DNA from: Selaginella moellendorffii
Lineage: Eukaryota; Plantae; Lycopodiophyta
Length of the DNA stretch: 64,000 nt
Direction of reading: 5' to 3'
NCBI RefSeq assembly: GCF_000143415.4
Contig: NW_003314325.1
Location: 838,086 to 902,085, forward strand
A model generated the notes under the pieces. That model had not been told where the DNA came from. It searched no databases and saw only the letters and a program-made list of their open reading frames with translations. The stretch's first letter is position 1, and each line of letters opens with the position of its first letter. This document shows positions 37,030 through 48,173 of this stretch, one piece after another. Made by a program: the position numbers and the translations under genes.

Positions 37030-37252
37030 CAGAATGGGTTTCTACGCGGAAGGAAGTGGATCCCTCCCGCGTAAAGCACATAAAGTCGGCGGTATAAGAT
37101 ACGCGTATCCGAATATAGGATAAAGCCTTTTTATGCAAAGAAAACGTAAACCATTAAAAAGGCTGTAATATATTTTATTTAACACATCTCGTTTAGTTTT
37201 GTTTGAATGTATGTTGTGGCGCGCTGTTTCCTACGCGTTAGAAGCCCCACTG
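37030..37252. mobile_element. Candidate MITE (degenerate terminal inverted repeats)
   Basis: CAGAATGGGTTTCTACGCGGAAGGAA versus reverse complement of the right end CAGTGGGGCTTCTAACGCGTAGGAAA; AT-rich interior; no clear TSD; duplicated at about 61286-61508. Confidence 0.4.
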
Positions 37253-38205
37253 CCAATGCCATCCTCACCAAGACAGTTGCTTTCCATGGATGATGCCATG
37301 GGATGCTTAAAGAATCGCAAACCTGCCTCGATCTGCCATGGCCTCCCACCGCCATAGCTATGGCGAGTCTAGGAAATGATCCTTACCCAATTAGCTCCTT
37401 GCCAGAGGCGCCATTCTGGATTTCAATCCCCGAGCGATTGAGTTGGCGGAGAAAGCGATCCGGCCAACCCAGCCTCGAGCTCCCAGGGTCAGGGATGAGC
37501 AATCGAGAGCTTGAAGCTCCCACCTTCTACGATGCATGATAGTTAGTCGCATGGAAAGTAAGAAAAACACAGATCTGTGGGCGAGGGCAAGCGCATTGAC
37601 GAGAAAATTGTCTCCTGCGGCCTCGATCGTCATAGCTTCCTCACGAACCTCGTCATGGAAATGTATGGAAAGTACTGGCGCGGGGGATACGTCTTGGGAA
37701 TCTTCCACAAGACGGAAGATGGAGATGTTTTCTTTGCGGCATTTGCCCAAAACGGGTAAGTTCTGGCGTTCTCCCGGCAAATGCCTCTCGATCTAATTCC
37801 GTCACATTCTTGCAGCTAATCCCGATGCAAGCTCTCGTCTTCCAGGAGATTGAATTCAAGGACGCCAGCTCCTCGAAGGGATCAAGCCCAACCACATCTC
37901 CTTTTTCACGGATGGTCAAGCTCCACCTCTCGAGCTAAGACTTACCAAAATTCTTCATAAACCGATTAAACAAAACTTTATGTTGGGCAACAAATTCCTT
38001 TAGATAGCCGGCACGAACGCCTATGATGCTGATCTACCAGCATCAACCATTCTCTCGTGAGCAGCTGAACCGTCAAAACGGAAGGTTGACCCTGGGCTTT
38101 TCGCATTGGGAGCTTTTCGAGCCCACAAGTATGCTGGCTGCATTGTCGATATGGTATGAAGTTCGTTTCAATTTCTGAAAACCATTGGACTTCACAAACT
38201 TCTAA

Positions 38206-38278
38206 TGCGGTGAGCGTAGATGGAACACGCGGCCTTAAGATCTTCAGTCTGACGCTCTCTCAACTGGGCTATCCCCGC
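38206..38278 (-). tRNA. tRNA-Phe(GAA) full-length but mutated (probable pseudogene)
   Basis: 73 nt, anticodon intact; 6 substitutions versus 6675-6747 including B-box GTTCGATCC to GTTCCATCT and a D-stem mismatch. Confidence 0.75.
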
Positions 38279-38571
38279 GTGATAATAATTATCAGCAATA
38301 TTATCTGGCACATACATATCACATTACAAGTGTCATGAAATTATTGAGCGCTCTAGAGGAGTGAGATCGTAGAAATGCCACTATAGCTGATATGCTGGCT
38401 CAAAACTCACAAGGATCATAGCAAAGATTCTTCCAGCGATCGGCTTTTTTGCTGAAACATGGATGTCTAGAGGTGACTCAACAGCAAACAAAAGAAAACA
38501 ACAAACGTGGTAGCCGTGTAGAGGGTATAGCTCCTACACGAAAACATGGAAGAACACACAGAAACAAAGAT

Positions 38572-39010
38572 CTATCCCATCAGCGGCGGGGGTGCGTAGT
38601 GTGGGTTCATGTTCGCGCCTGGACCGCCATAGTCGCTGATCTCTCCAAGGGGCGGTGGTGCGCCGTAGTGTGGGTTCCTGTTTGCCCCTGGAGCGTCATA
38701 GTCGCTGGTATGGACCTCTCGAAGGAGCTTCCTGCCTTTGAGAGCCTGGAAGAAAGAGAGAGAACTTTTTATAACAGGAAAGGAAAAGGAAACGTAGAAG
38801 AAGATTTCTCAACCTGGCCCTGTGCAGCCGGCAAGCTTGCATCTGTAAATCCAACTCAAAACAGTGAGAAACGAGATTGTGGAGGAAGGTAACAGAGAAA
38901 TGAGATCTATATGTGCTCTCTCTACCTTTGTTTCCACTAGTAGCAAAAGCGGCAGTGATGAGCAGGCATGAGAGCAGGGTTGCGAGCACAAGCTTGCGAG
39001 AAGGAGCCAT
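38572..39010 (-). CDS. Secreted peptide precursor (95 aa) with two tandem PSY-like sulfotyrosine motifs; exons 39010-38926, 38842-38814, 38745-38572
   Basis: MAPSRKLVLATLLSCLLITAAFATSGNK|DASLPAAQGQ|ALKGRKLLREVHTSDYDAPGANRNPHYGAPPPLGEISDYGGPGANMNPHYAPPPLMG*; GT-AG introns with pyrimidine tracts, phases consistent. Confidence 0.85.
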
Positions 39011-39279
39011 TTCTATACTAAGAGAGCCTATAGATCCAAACCAGGAGAGAAAGAATGAGAAAAACAAAGGCCAAGCTCCCGTAGATAAAGGCCGAGGAGC
39101 ACAGACTCACACAAAAGCTGGCACAGACGTCAAAGGAATGCAAGTGTTGTGCACTGAGTGGCCAAGAGTTAACGTCGATAACCATGGTTCCGTTAGTGCA
39201 TTGGATAAAACGATGTTAATGGGAATTAACATATTTTATCAGGAGAGAGAGATCTCGACTAATATATAGCGATCATTAG

Positions 39280-41449
39280 ATGTTGGAAGCATCGAGCAAC
39301 ATCGTGGGATCGCAGCAATCCTTCTTTGCGACGCTCCTGAGCCAGTCTGGAGGCTCTGGCGATCTCGATCAAACCCGGAAGATCCACTCCCGGATAGTGG
39401 ACAGCGGCTACTCCAAAGACAAGTTTCTCCTCAATCTCATCATCCAGGCTTACGGAAAATGCGGCAGTGTCGGAGATGCGCACCGTGTCTTCTCCGCGAT
39501 CGATCACCCCAATCTCTTCTCATGGAACATTATGATCCAAGCATATGCCCGAAACGGGCATCTAGATGAAGCGTGTAACCTCTTTGATCGATCTCATTCC
39601 CCCGATCCAGTCGCATGGAATGAAATGATCACTGCCTATGCGAATCTTGGCGAGATGGAGGAAGTCAAACGATTGTTTGATCGAGTGCCAGAAAAGAGTG
39701 AAATCACCTGGACCGTGATGATAACAGCATATGCCAGAAACGGGCATCTGAACGAAGCCAGGACGGTGTTTGACGCAATGCCGATCGAGAAGAAAACCAT
39801 AGTTTCGTGGACGGCAATGCTCCAGGGCTACACCCAAAACTCCCGGATCGATCAGGCCTTCGATTTCTTTCAGACGTTCCCGGCCCACAACGTGGTGTCC
39901 ATCACCGCCATGGTGTCGGCGCTCGCGAGCCACGGCCGTGGCGACGAGGCCGAGATGCTGTTCTTATCCATGCCCGCGAGAAATTTTCTCTCCTGGACTG
40001 TGATGATCCAGGCCTACTCCAAGCAGCAGCGCATCGATCAAAGTCACCTACACGACGCTTCTTTCATGCTGTGACGATCTGGGCGATGGAGAAGAGATCC
40101 ATGCTTGTGTAGTGAGGGATGGGATCGAATGGGACGTTGCCATGTCCACTGCATTGGTGCGCTGCTACGGTCGCTGCGGAAATCCAGAGAAAGCAGTGGC
40201 TGTGTTTGAGAATTTCTCAGGGAATAAGGACGTAGGGCTGTGGACTGCGATGATCCTCTGCTTCGATCAGAACCAAAAGATCACGGAAGCCATTCCGGGG
40301 GATGGAACAGCATGGTTTTCGAGCAAGCAGCTTTACATTGGTTGCTCTTCTCCAGGGATTGTCGAGCTCTTCAAAGTCTGGGTTTAGCACAGGCATGATA
40401 AACACGATCAGCTCGAGAGCCATGGAGTTTCTGTGTTCTACTGGAGGAGATGTTTCAACCAGGGACGATCTAGTTGTTGCTACAGCACTGGTGAAATGCT
40501 TTGGAAGTCACAGGAGAATCAATGAAGCTGAGGAGGTGTTTGAGAGATTTCGACTCTGTAGATTCGACTTGGTGCTCTGGAACGCCATGGTATGGGCTTA
40601 TGCCGAGACCAGCCATCCCGAAGAAGTTCTGTTCGTGCTGAAAAAGATGGATCTGGAAGGTGGTAAGGCTGATACGTTCACGTTCGCGACTGATTTAACT
40701 GCGTGTGCTGCCAGTTGCGAGCATGCATTGCTACAAACGATCTTTCTTCACGATCGAGCGACCAGTTTGGGGCTTGGATCTGATCCAGTCGTGGTAGCAG
40801 CAGTTATCAACTCGTACTCCAAGTCCCCCAGAGGCTCGGGCTTGTGAGGAGCGCTTTCGAAGGACTAGCGACGGACAAACTAGATACAGTTGTGTGGAGC
40901 TCCATGAACATGGGATACGCACGATCAGGCCACATCCAAGACGCTCTGGAGATCTTCTCGAAGATGGATCATCCGGACAAGATCACAATCGCGCAGGTGC
41001 TGGATGCCTACGCGGATCTGGCATGCCTCAGCCAGTGCAAGGCCGCTCATCGGGATTTCGTGTCGCCAAACCAAGAGCTCGAGTCGGAGACAATGGTGGC
41101 CAACGCTCTTGTACACATGTACGCGAAGTGTGGGAGCCTGGACGAGGCCAGGAGAGTTTTCGACAGAATGAGCTTGCAGTCCAGGAACATCGTCTTGTGG
41201 ACTGCCATGATCTCGGCTTACGCCCAGCACGGCCGGAGCTCCAAGTCGATGGAGCTGTTCCAGAGGATGCAGCAGCAAGGAGTGGAGCCGAATCAAGTGA
41301 CTTTCATCAGTATCTTGAGCTCTTGCAGCCACTCGGGCTTGATCGATCAAGCAGCGTACTGTTTCTACAGCATGGAGCAAGATCACAGCTTGGTGGCGTC
41401 CCAGATTGAATTGCTTTTGAAACTGAATGGAATCAAAGCCGCTTTCTAA
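39280..41449 (+). pseudogene. PLS-type PPR gene, frameshifted/deleted (least-degraded copy of the PPR remnants in the array)
   Basis: Many PPR motifs (IIQAYGKCGSVGDAHRVF, NLFSWNIMIQAYARNGHL, ALVHMYAKCGSLDEARRVF, PNQVTFISILSSCSHSGL) across 4 ORFs in different frames; no E/DYW end visible. Confidence 0.85.
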
Positions 41450-41520
41450 GGGGCAAGTCTTATGGTTTATATTCATACCATAGGTGATTCATTTATTTCG
41501 TCGTTTATTTTTCCACCCAG

Positions 41521-44209
41521 TCAAGCACGAATGAAATCGTTTACCTGGACACTAATGGGGCTCCGTACATAATGGACGCCATCTGACCAAGTGATGGAGC
41601 CAAAAGCATAGTGTCCCACCGAACGAACTATTTTAGCAGCCTCAAACGTGATCTCATACAACAGTTTTGTCCCAGAGCTGTTGAAATGGAGAATGTCTGG
41701 TTTGACTGTAACTTTGACGCTATGCGGCTCTTCCACAATTGCCCTGTAACTTGAGTATGGTGTTCCTACGTTTGTGACAACTCTTTTCACTGTTTTGGCT
41801 CCCACCAGGTTGGAGATTGTTATCGAGGGATAGTTCAGCTCAGTGGCTGCTAGAGTCTGAGACGAGCATTTGGAGTGTTCAATCTTGCAAATGCTGCCCA
41901 GACTGCAGCAGAAGAGAGCATAGTCTTGAGGAGTGGTAACGTAAACAAGGCCTGGATCTGCTGCTTTGGTTGGATTGATGTGTCCGGCACCATATCCGAA
42001 GGGGTTGGAATAACTTAGTGTGTAACTATCAGTTATTATATCCCTTGTGTTGTCCATGTTCCAAGCTGTAAGCGTGATACTTCAGGACAGAACTTGCGAA
42101 ACCCAAATACCTGTTGTCATAATTGCTGACTTGATTGCGGAGGGGCTCCAATCTGGATGTAAGGATTTAAGCAAAGCCGCGACACCGGAAACGTGAGGAC
42201 AGGACATGGACGTGCCACTCATCGCTCCAAAACTCTTTGCTGAGCTGCTTGAATGGCTTTTTGGAGGAATTGCAGCGATTATGTCAACGCCAGGAGCAAT
42301 GATATCAGGCTGCAATGCCGGTGATATATCAGATGTTTGAATTTGAAAACCAAATGACTCACAAACCTTCAGAATATCAGGAGAAATTGGGTTTGGTCCC
42401 CTGGCTGAGAAGGTTGCAACAGCAGGGGCTGGTCCAATCCCGGTCACAGTTTCAGGTGGATGGATATAGATCGTTGACGATCTGCAATTGGAGGTAGCCA
42501 AGTTCAAATGATGAAGATAAACAAGATCGATCTGGCTTACTTCTCATGTGATCTGTGACCTAAGAGCTGAACACCGCATGCACTGGGAACTACAAATATA
42601 GGGAGCGACAAGTTTCCTGTTATCGATATCAATCCGAATGTATCGGTGATTATAATTCCGGTGGCTCCAGCCTTTTCGATAGCATCTAGGTCCACGGGAA
42701 GCTCCGCGCTGGAAGCAAAGCAAAGGACATACTTCCCTCTCAGGGTGGTACCATTTAATCTCGCTTCTGTGCAATAGCTGCACAGAATTCACCTCATCAG
42801 AGAGATACTAGTGTCCGAATGTATGCATACCCATCCTCCCCAGAGGCAATTCCATGCAATCCAACTTCAGAACCGGTCCGGTGCTGTGATGGCGTTGCCT
42901 GTCCAAAAACTTCAAAAATGAAGGTTCATACAGCCATTTTGCAAACCTGGCAAGAGGTAGCATTGTCGGGAAGAACGATCTTTGCATAGAAACCCCGGTC
43001 AATAGTGCTTGCTCCCACACTCAGAATCCAGGGAGCAGTGTTCGTGATTGTGGACGGATATGGTCCCGAATTGCCACCACTTGCCACAACCAAAATCCCA
43101 TTCTGGACTGCATGAAATGCGGCAATTGCAATGCCATCCGTGTTGTAGTCGTACGTATTGTCCACGCCTGCAGAAATGGACAGGATGTCGACTCCGTCAT
43201 GAATTGCGTAGTCGATTGCAGAAATAATGTCTGCTTCGAAGCTGCTACTCTCTTCATAGAGTTTGTACATTGCAAGCCTAGCCATTGGTGCTCCACCACG
43301 AGCTATTCCACTGCCAAATTCATCATCGCTGGCTCCATATACAAGCCTGCCTACAGCGGTCGACGATGTATGCGTGCCGTGAGAGTTTTTGTCCCTGGGT
43401 GATCTGTAGTCGTCCACGCTAGGATCCACACTTTGGTCGAAATATCGAGCTCCTATAAGTTTCCTGCATTCAACCGTTAAAACACATGAAACGACTATAC
43501 TTCCAAGTCACTCGGAGGTCCCAACAACGAACCTATTACAGTTTGAAGCCGTGAAGTTCTCGCCTATTTGACATATTCCCTTCCATCTTGTGGGAACTGC
43601 TGGCATTGATTTGTCATTGAAACTCTCAGCTTCAGGCCATACACCTGCAGAAAAGTTCCGAGATTTTGGTATCTGCTGCACACTAGAATGTGAAACTTTA
43701 ACAAACACCTGAATCCACAACCCCAACAATTACGTCCACTCCGAAGCCAGATTCTTGCAAAATGCCTTTGGGCTTCATGACATCCAATCCAAGGAAGTCC
43801 CAGCTGTGAGTTGTATGCAGCTTCATCTTTTTGCTGCGGAACACAGACACAACTCCAGGCATCTCTGTTACAGAAGTATTAGCCTGAAAACTGAGAGCAC
43901 AGCCACTTACTGGACAAAGCTTTTGCATGCCCTGGATTCATATCTGCTGCGAAACCGCTGAATCCATGCCGGTAGCTGTACAAAATAGCACGTTTTGCCA
44001 AATCTTCACTTCCCAACACACTGGCCAGCGTTTCGTGATGGGATTTCGTTACCAGTTCGTGGTCTTCAACGGTTTTCTTCCCCATGTAGACTATATAAAC
44101 CTACGATGGCACCAGTTACCGACCGCTGTAGACTCAATAAAATACTTACCTCTCCCATCAAGCACTGGATTTGAGCCAGAAGAATAAGAAAAGCGATTAG
44201 TGGTGCCAT
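41521..44209 (-). CDS. Subtilisin-like serine protease (plant SBT, S8A) with signal peptide, I9 prodomain, PA and Fn3-like domains; multi-exon
   Basis: [20 protein letters not shown]|[36 protein letters not shown] (Asp), HGTHTSST (His), SGGNSGP (Asn), [11 protein letters not shown] (Ser), [14 protein letters not shown]; the exons checked are in phase. Confidence 0.92.
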
Positions 44210-45350
44210 TCTTCAGGAGTGCAATGCAATGGAAAATCCCTAGCTGCTTTCCGAGCATACCCGGGGGTTGATATAGAGGCCACACCAGTCAGCATTCTGA
44301 CCAGATGTATTGTGTGGGCCTTCAGGCACTCGAATTTTCTTTAGTTGCGATGTTGATCCGGCTGGCCCATCCGACCACTAGTAGTGGAGCCGCAAACAGC
44401 CAATGGGGTTGTCTGTACTGCTGCCACTTGCCCCACCAGTTCATTGCAGCAGAACTTTGATTGCAGGACCGAACAGAGACAATGCACAGTACTCATTGCA
44501 GGTGAAAAACAAATTCGAGAAGCACATTAGGCTTCGTCCATTGATGATCCTGCATGTAAAAACATTCTCTCTACAAAGAAAGTCGATGAACAAGCCGTTC
44601 CTGTTCAAAGCTGCGTAAGCTCCTAGTGCGGATAGGAGAATCTGTGTCAATGCAACCACCCTGGAGCCTTTACTTTTGAGATACTTGCGGTGATTACATC
44701 CAAATGTATGCAAGCCTGAAGTGGTGAATCTGCTGTCGATGAGGTGGTATGTGGCACTGGCTTTAAACTTAATGTGGTACTGGTATGCTGATGCGAGAGT
44801 GACGCCTAGAAATTCAACCAAACCCAAAACAAACAGACCTTTACAATTCAATTTCCAAGGTTCTAAAAAAGACAGCTCTAAGACAAATAATGCTGCTGCC
44901 AAGCAGGCCAGGATTTCAAGTTGTTAAAGTTGCATCTTCACATCAAATGCCCGTTTAACTATCACTTAGTCAGATATCGTCGTTGGGAGCACTCTGACAA
45001 AATGCAGCCACATAGCTCTTTTGAGATTTTAGGTGAAGTATTAAAAAAAATTCAAAAAACTATTACTTGCAGATGACGTTTAATCAAAGACCACAATGAA
45101 GTTGGCCACGCCCAGGGCCAGCGGCCCATTTGGAGGAGCACAATTAACTCGCGCCCGAATTTCACCTCTTTATACTGCTCCAGCATGTGGGCTCAATCCA
45201 CCTGAAAACTAACCTGAAACAAAATGAAAGCAACAAACACGCGTTGACTGAAGAGGATTCTTTGTATCATGGAGATTTGTTTGACCAGTCACACATTTTA
45301 AGAGCGGCATGTAACGGAGGAAAACGGGTTAGCGATAATGTAGTTGGCTT

Positions 45351-46171
45351 TCACTCACGCTGCTCGAACTTTCTTAAGTTGCTACTAAAACCAGGAGCAC
45401 TCCTCTTCACTCCACAGCGCCTCCTGTGAATCGTCTTCTTGATCTTACTGCTGCCATACTCCACGATCCAGGGATGATCCAGCACACCATCCAGCATCAA
45501 CCTCTCGCTCGGCTCCACAGCCAGCATCCCGCAGATGAAATCCTCCACCTCGTCTGAGAGAGGACAACCATCCGGGAATTCCCCGGCTCGCAACAACTCG
45601 ATCTCCCTGGATTGCTTGTAGCCTCTCAGCAACTCCCACATGTCGATGGCTGTAGTGTAAAAGCTCTGCAACCTTGAGTCACCATGACCACTCTTACAGC
45701 TCGTCGTCCCCGGGGCCATATACTTCCCGGTTCCACAGTACTGCGACATCTCCTTGGGGTCGTCCGTGGCCACTCCAAAGTCTCCATCGTGCACGGCAAG
45801 AGCGTCCAGCTTGACAAAGATGTTCTTCGGCTTGAGATTCCGGTGGACGATGCCGCTGGTATGTATCCCCTTGAGCGCCTCCGCTAGACGCTGGATGGTC
45901 TTGGCGGCCACCTTCTCGCCCAGCGGCCCTCCCTTGATCAATCGATGCCACAGACTAGGGCCGCACAGCTCCATCATCATGGTCCCGTAGCAAGCCCCGC
46001 CGCTCCTCTCCCTCACGAAGCCCGCCAAGAAGACCACTCCATCCCGGCATAGCTCGTGGCACCCTTGAGCACGAAAGCCTGGCCCTGGCGCCCCAGCCTC
46101 TGGCCCCTCGTGTAGATCGTGAGGAGCTCGGCACAATCGTCGTCCTCGAACTCACCGTCTTCGCGCACCAT
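45351..46171 (-). pseudogene. CAMK-like Ser/Thr kinase pseudogene
   Basis: MELC.G.SL, IVHRNLKPKNI (catalytic HRD changed to HRN), DFG, CGTGKYMAP, DMW, VLDHPWI; frameshifted 5' part and internal deletions. Confidence 0.75.
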
Positions 46172-48173
46172 CGTCCTCTCGCGCAATGATATGAGTAGAA
46201 ACCCTAGCTTCACATAACGACTATATGTCGACGGCTGGGATGGCGTTTTGCCGACGGCTGAGATGTGATCGGCGATCAACGGTGCCGATGTGCCTAACCG
46301 TGAATATTTTTGGTCACCTTCTTGGACAGGCAAGACAGCGTAGTTGTAAGTTGAGCTCACTTCCAAACTTTTCTATATAAGCCTCCACAATCTTTTGATC
46401 TCGCATTTGTCAAGAGGATTTGGAAGCACAGGACCCAGAACCGGAGGCTTGTCGAGCTGGGCAAGCTACAAGGTTTTCTTCCTCTACAAAGCTCTCATGT
46501 TCTTCGCAAGGATTCACCTTGCGAGCTTTGTTCCAGGATTAAAAATGCGGATAAACAACTTGCAATCAACCTGTGACAGGAAACTGGAGGAGCTCAGGTT
46601 CCTTCTCAAGTTTCTCACACAAAGGCACGTTTTCAAGCCTTCACTCCTCGATCTAACACGTGCAAAGGGGATGATCCACTAGGAAGAACTTTGACGTGTT
46701 TGCCGGGGAGGTCGGGGAACTTGCAAAAAGTTGGTCCGGCGGCTGAACACGCAAAAAGCTCAGAATATAACTAGCCTCGGGAAAGAATCACCCAAGTCAA
46801 GCAAATGGCAATCCAGCCTCAACAACTTGGCGGAAGAAAGGATTCTGTCCTCGTACTAGGCTTTTGAAAATTTCTAAGCAGGGGCATTGCGATCGACGGG
46901 CTCTTGTGTGGAGAAGTGGCAGATCCAGTGCCCTCGAAGCAGGCAAACTCCATGGCCGCAGGGTCTGCAATCTTTTGGTGGAGCGCGCAAGAACGTCTTC
47001 TCTTGATCACGGCCTATGCTAGCAGAAAAGAGGGGTGGAGGGAGTGAGCGAAGCAAGGACACTTAAGGTGGCGTTCCTCAGGCTGGCGAGGTCTTGCTGC
47101 AGGGCAACCCTGTTCAGGCGCTCCTTGAGGAGTGTGGCCTGAGCAGAGATCTGCAGATTGCCACAGAGATTCTAAGGAATCGAAGCTCTGCTGGCTGGAG
47201 AAGTTTTTAAGAAACAGAAAAATCTGGTGACGACAGTGCGAGATACACGAGCACCTACACGACGCTTTGCTGTGACGATCTGGGCGATGGAGAAGAGATC
47301 CACGCTTGTGTCGTGAGGGCTGGGATCGAATGGAACGTTGCCATGTCCACTTCATTGGGGCGCTTTCTGCTCAGTGGACTCGTGCACCTTAAAACTCCCA
47401 AGCTTTAAAATCTTAGCTACGGCGTAGCTCTTCAATGCCACAGCACTGTATGTGTACAGATCTTTAATATGTTCGAATGTCTTAGAAGCAATACTTTCGT
47501 CTTGCAACTGTGGATGGAATGTTGTTCTTGTTGGCAGTCATGGAAGGATGTCTCAAGGAAACCTGTTCTATGTTGATTCCAACACAACTGTTAAACAAAC
47601 TTAAAAAGAAAGTGTTAGGAATGAGCTCCTCACCGTGGCAGTGTTGTGCACAGGCATGCAATCAAGGTTTCTGCACTGTTTCATGCCTTACAGATTCGAT
47701 TAAAGCCAGCATTTTATTTGGGTTTGTTCCTGACTGGTAAGACTGTGCAAACAAGAGTGGCATACCAATTACATACCGGAAGAAGCTAATGGAGCAGCTG
47801 ACACCAAATGCAATTGGATCCACATTCTCCTCCCACCACCCCACCTGATGGCTGTCATTAGGATCGACAGTTTGCTGGAAGCATGGCTTACTCAATGGAC
47901 AAAGTGTACATAATGAATGTCTTTAAGAGGTCCATTTAGAAGTCTATTCACCACCATGCCATAACTTGCCACCTGGAGTGGTCATTTGTCACCAAGCAGG
48001 AAGATGGGACACATGGAGTGTTAATGTCATGCAAAGAAAGCTGCCACCCAGAGCTTACTCAGAGCAATTTGTTGTTGATGATGGCTCTTCACCCATCACT
48101 AGTGCCTGCTTTAAAGGTGTTATGGCTAGATAGTGGTGGTTTGTTTCATATGACTCCTTTGAGATCTATGTTT

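Noticed and set aside
44441-44902. 153-aa ORF upstream of the subtilase, and ORFs at 46400-47360
   Set aside because: No recognisable motifs or supported gene structure.
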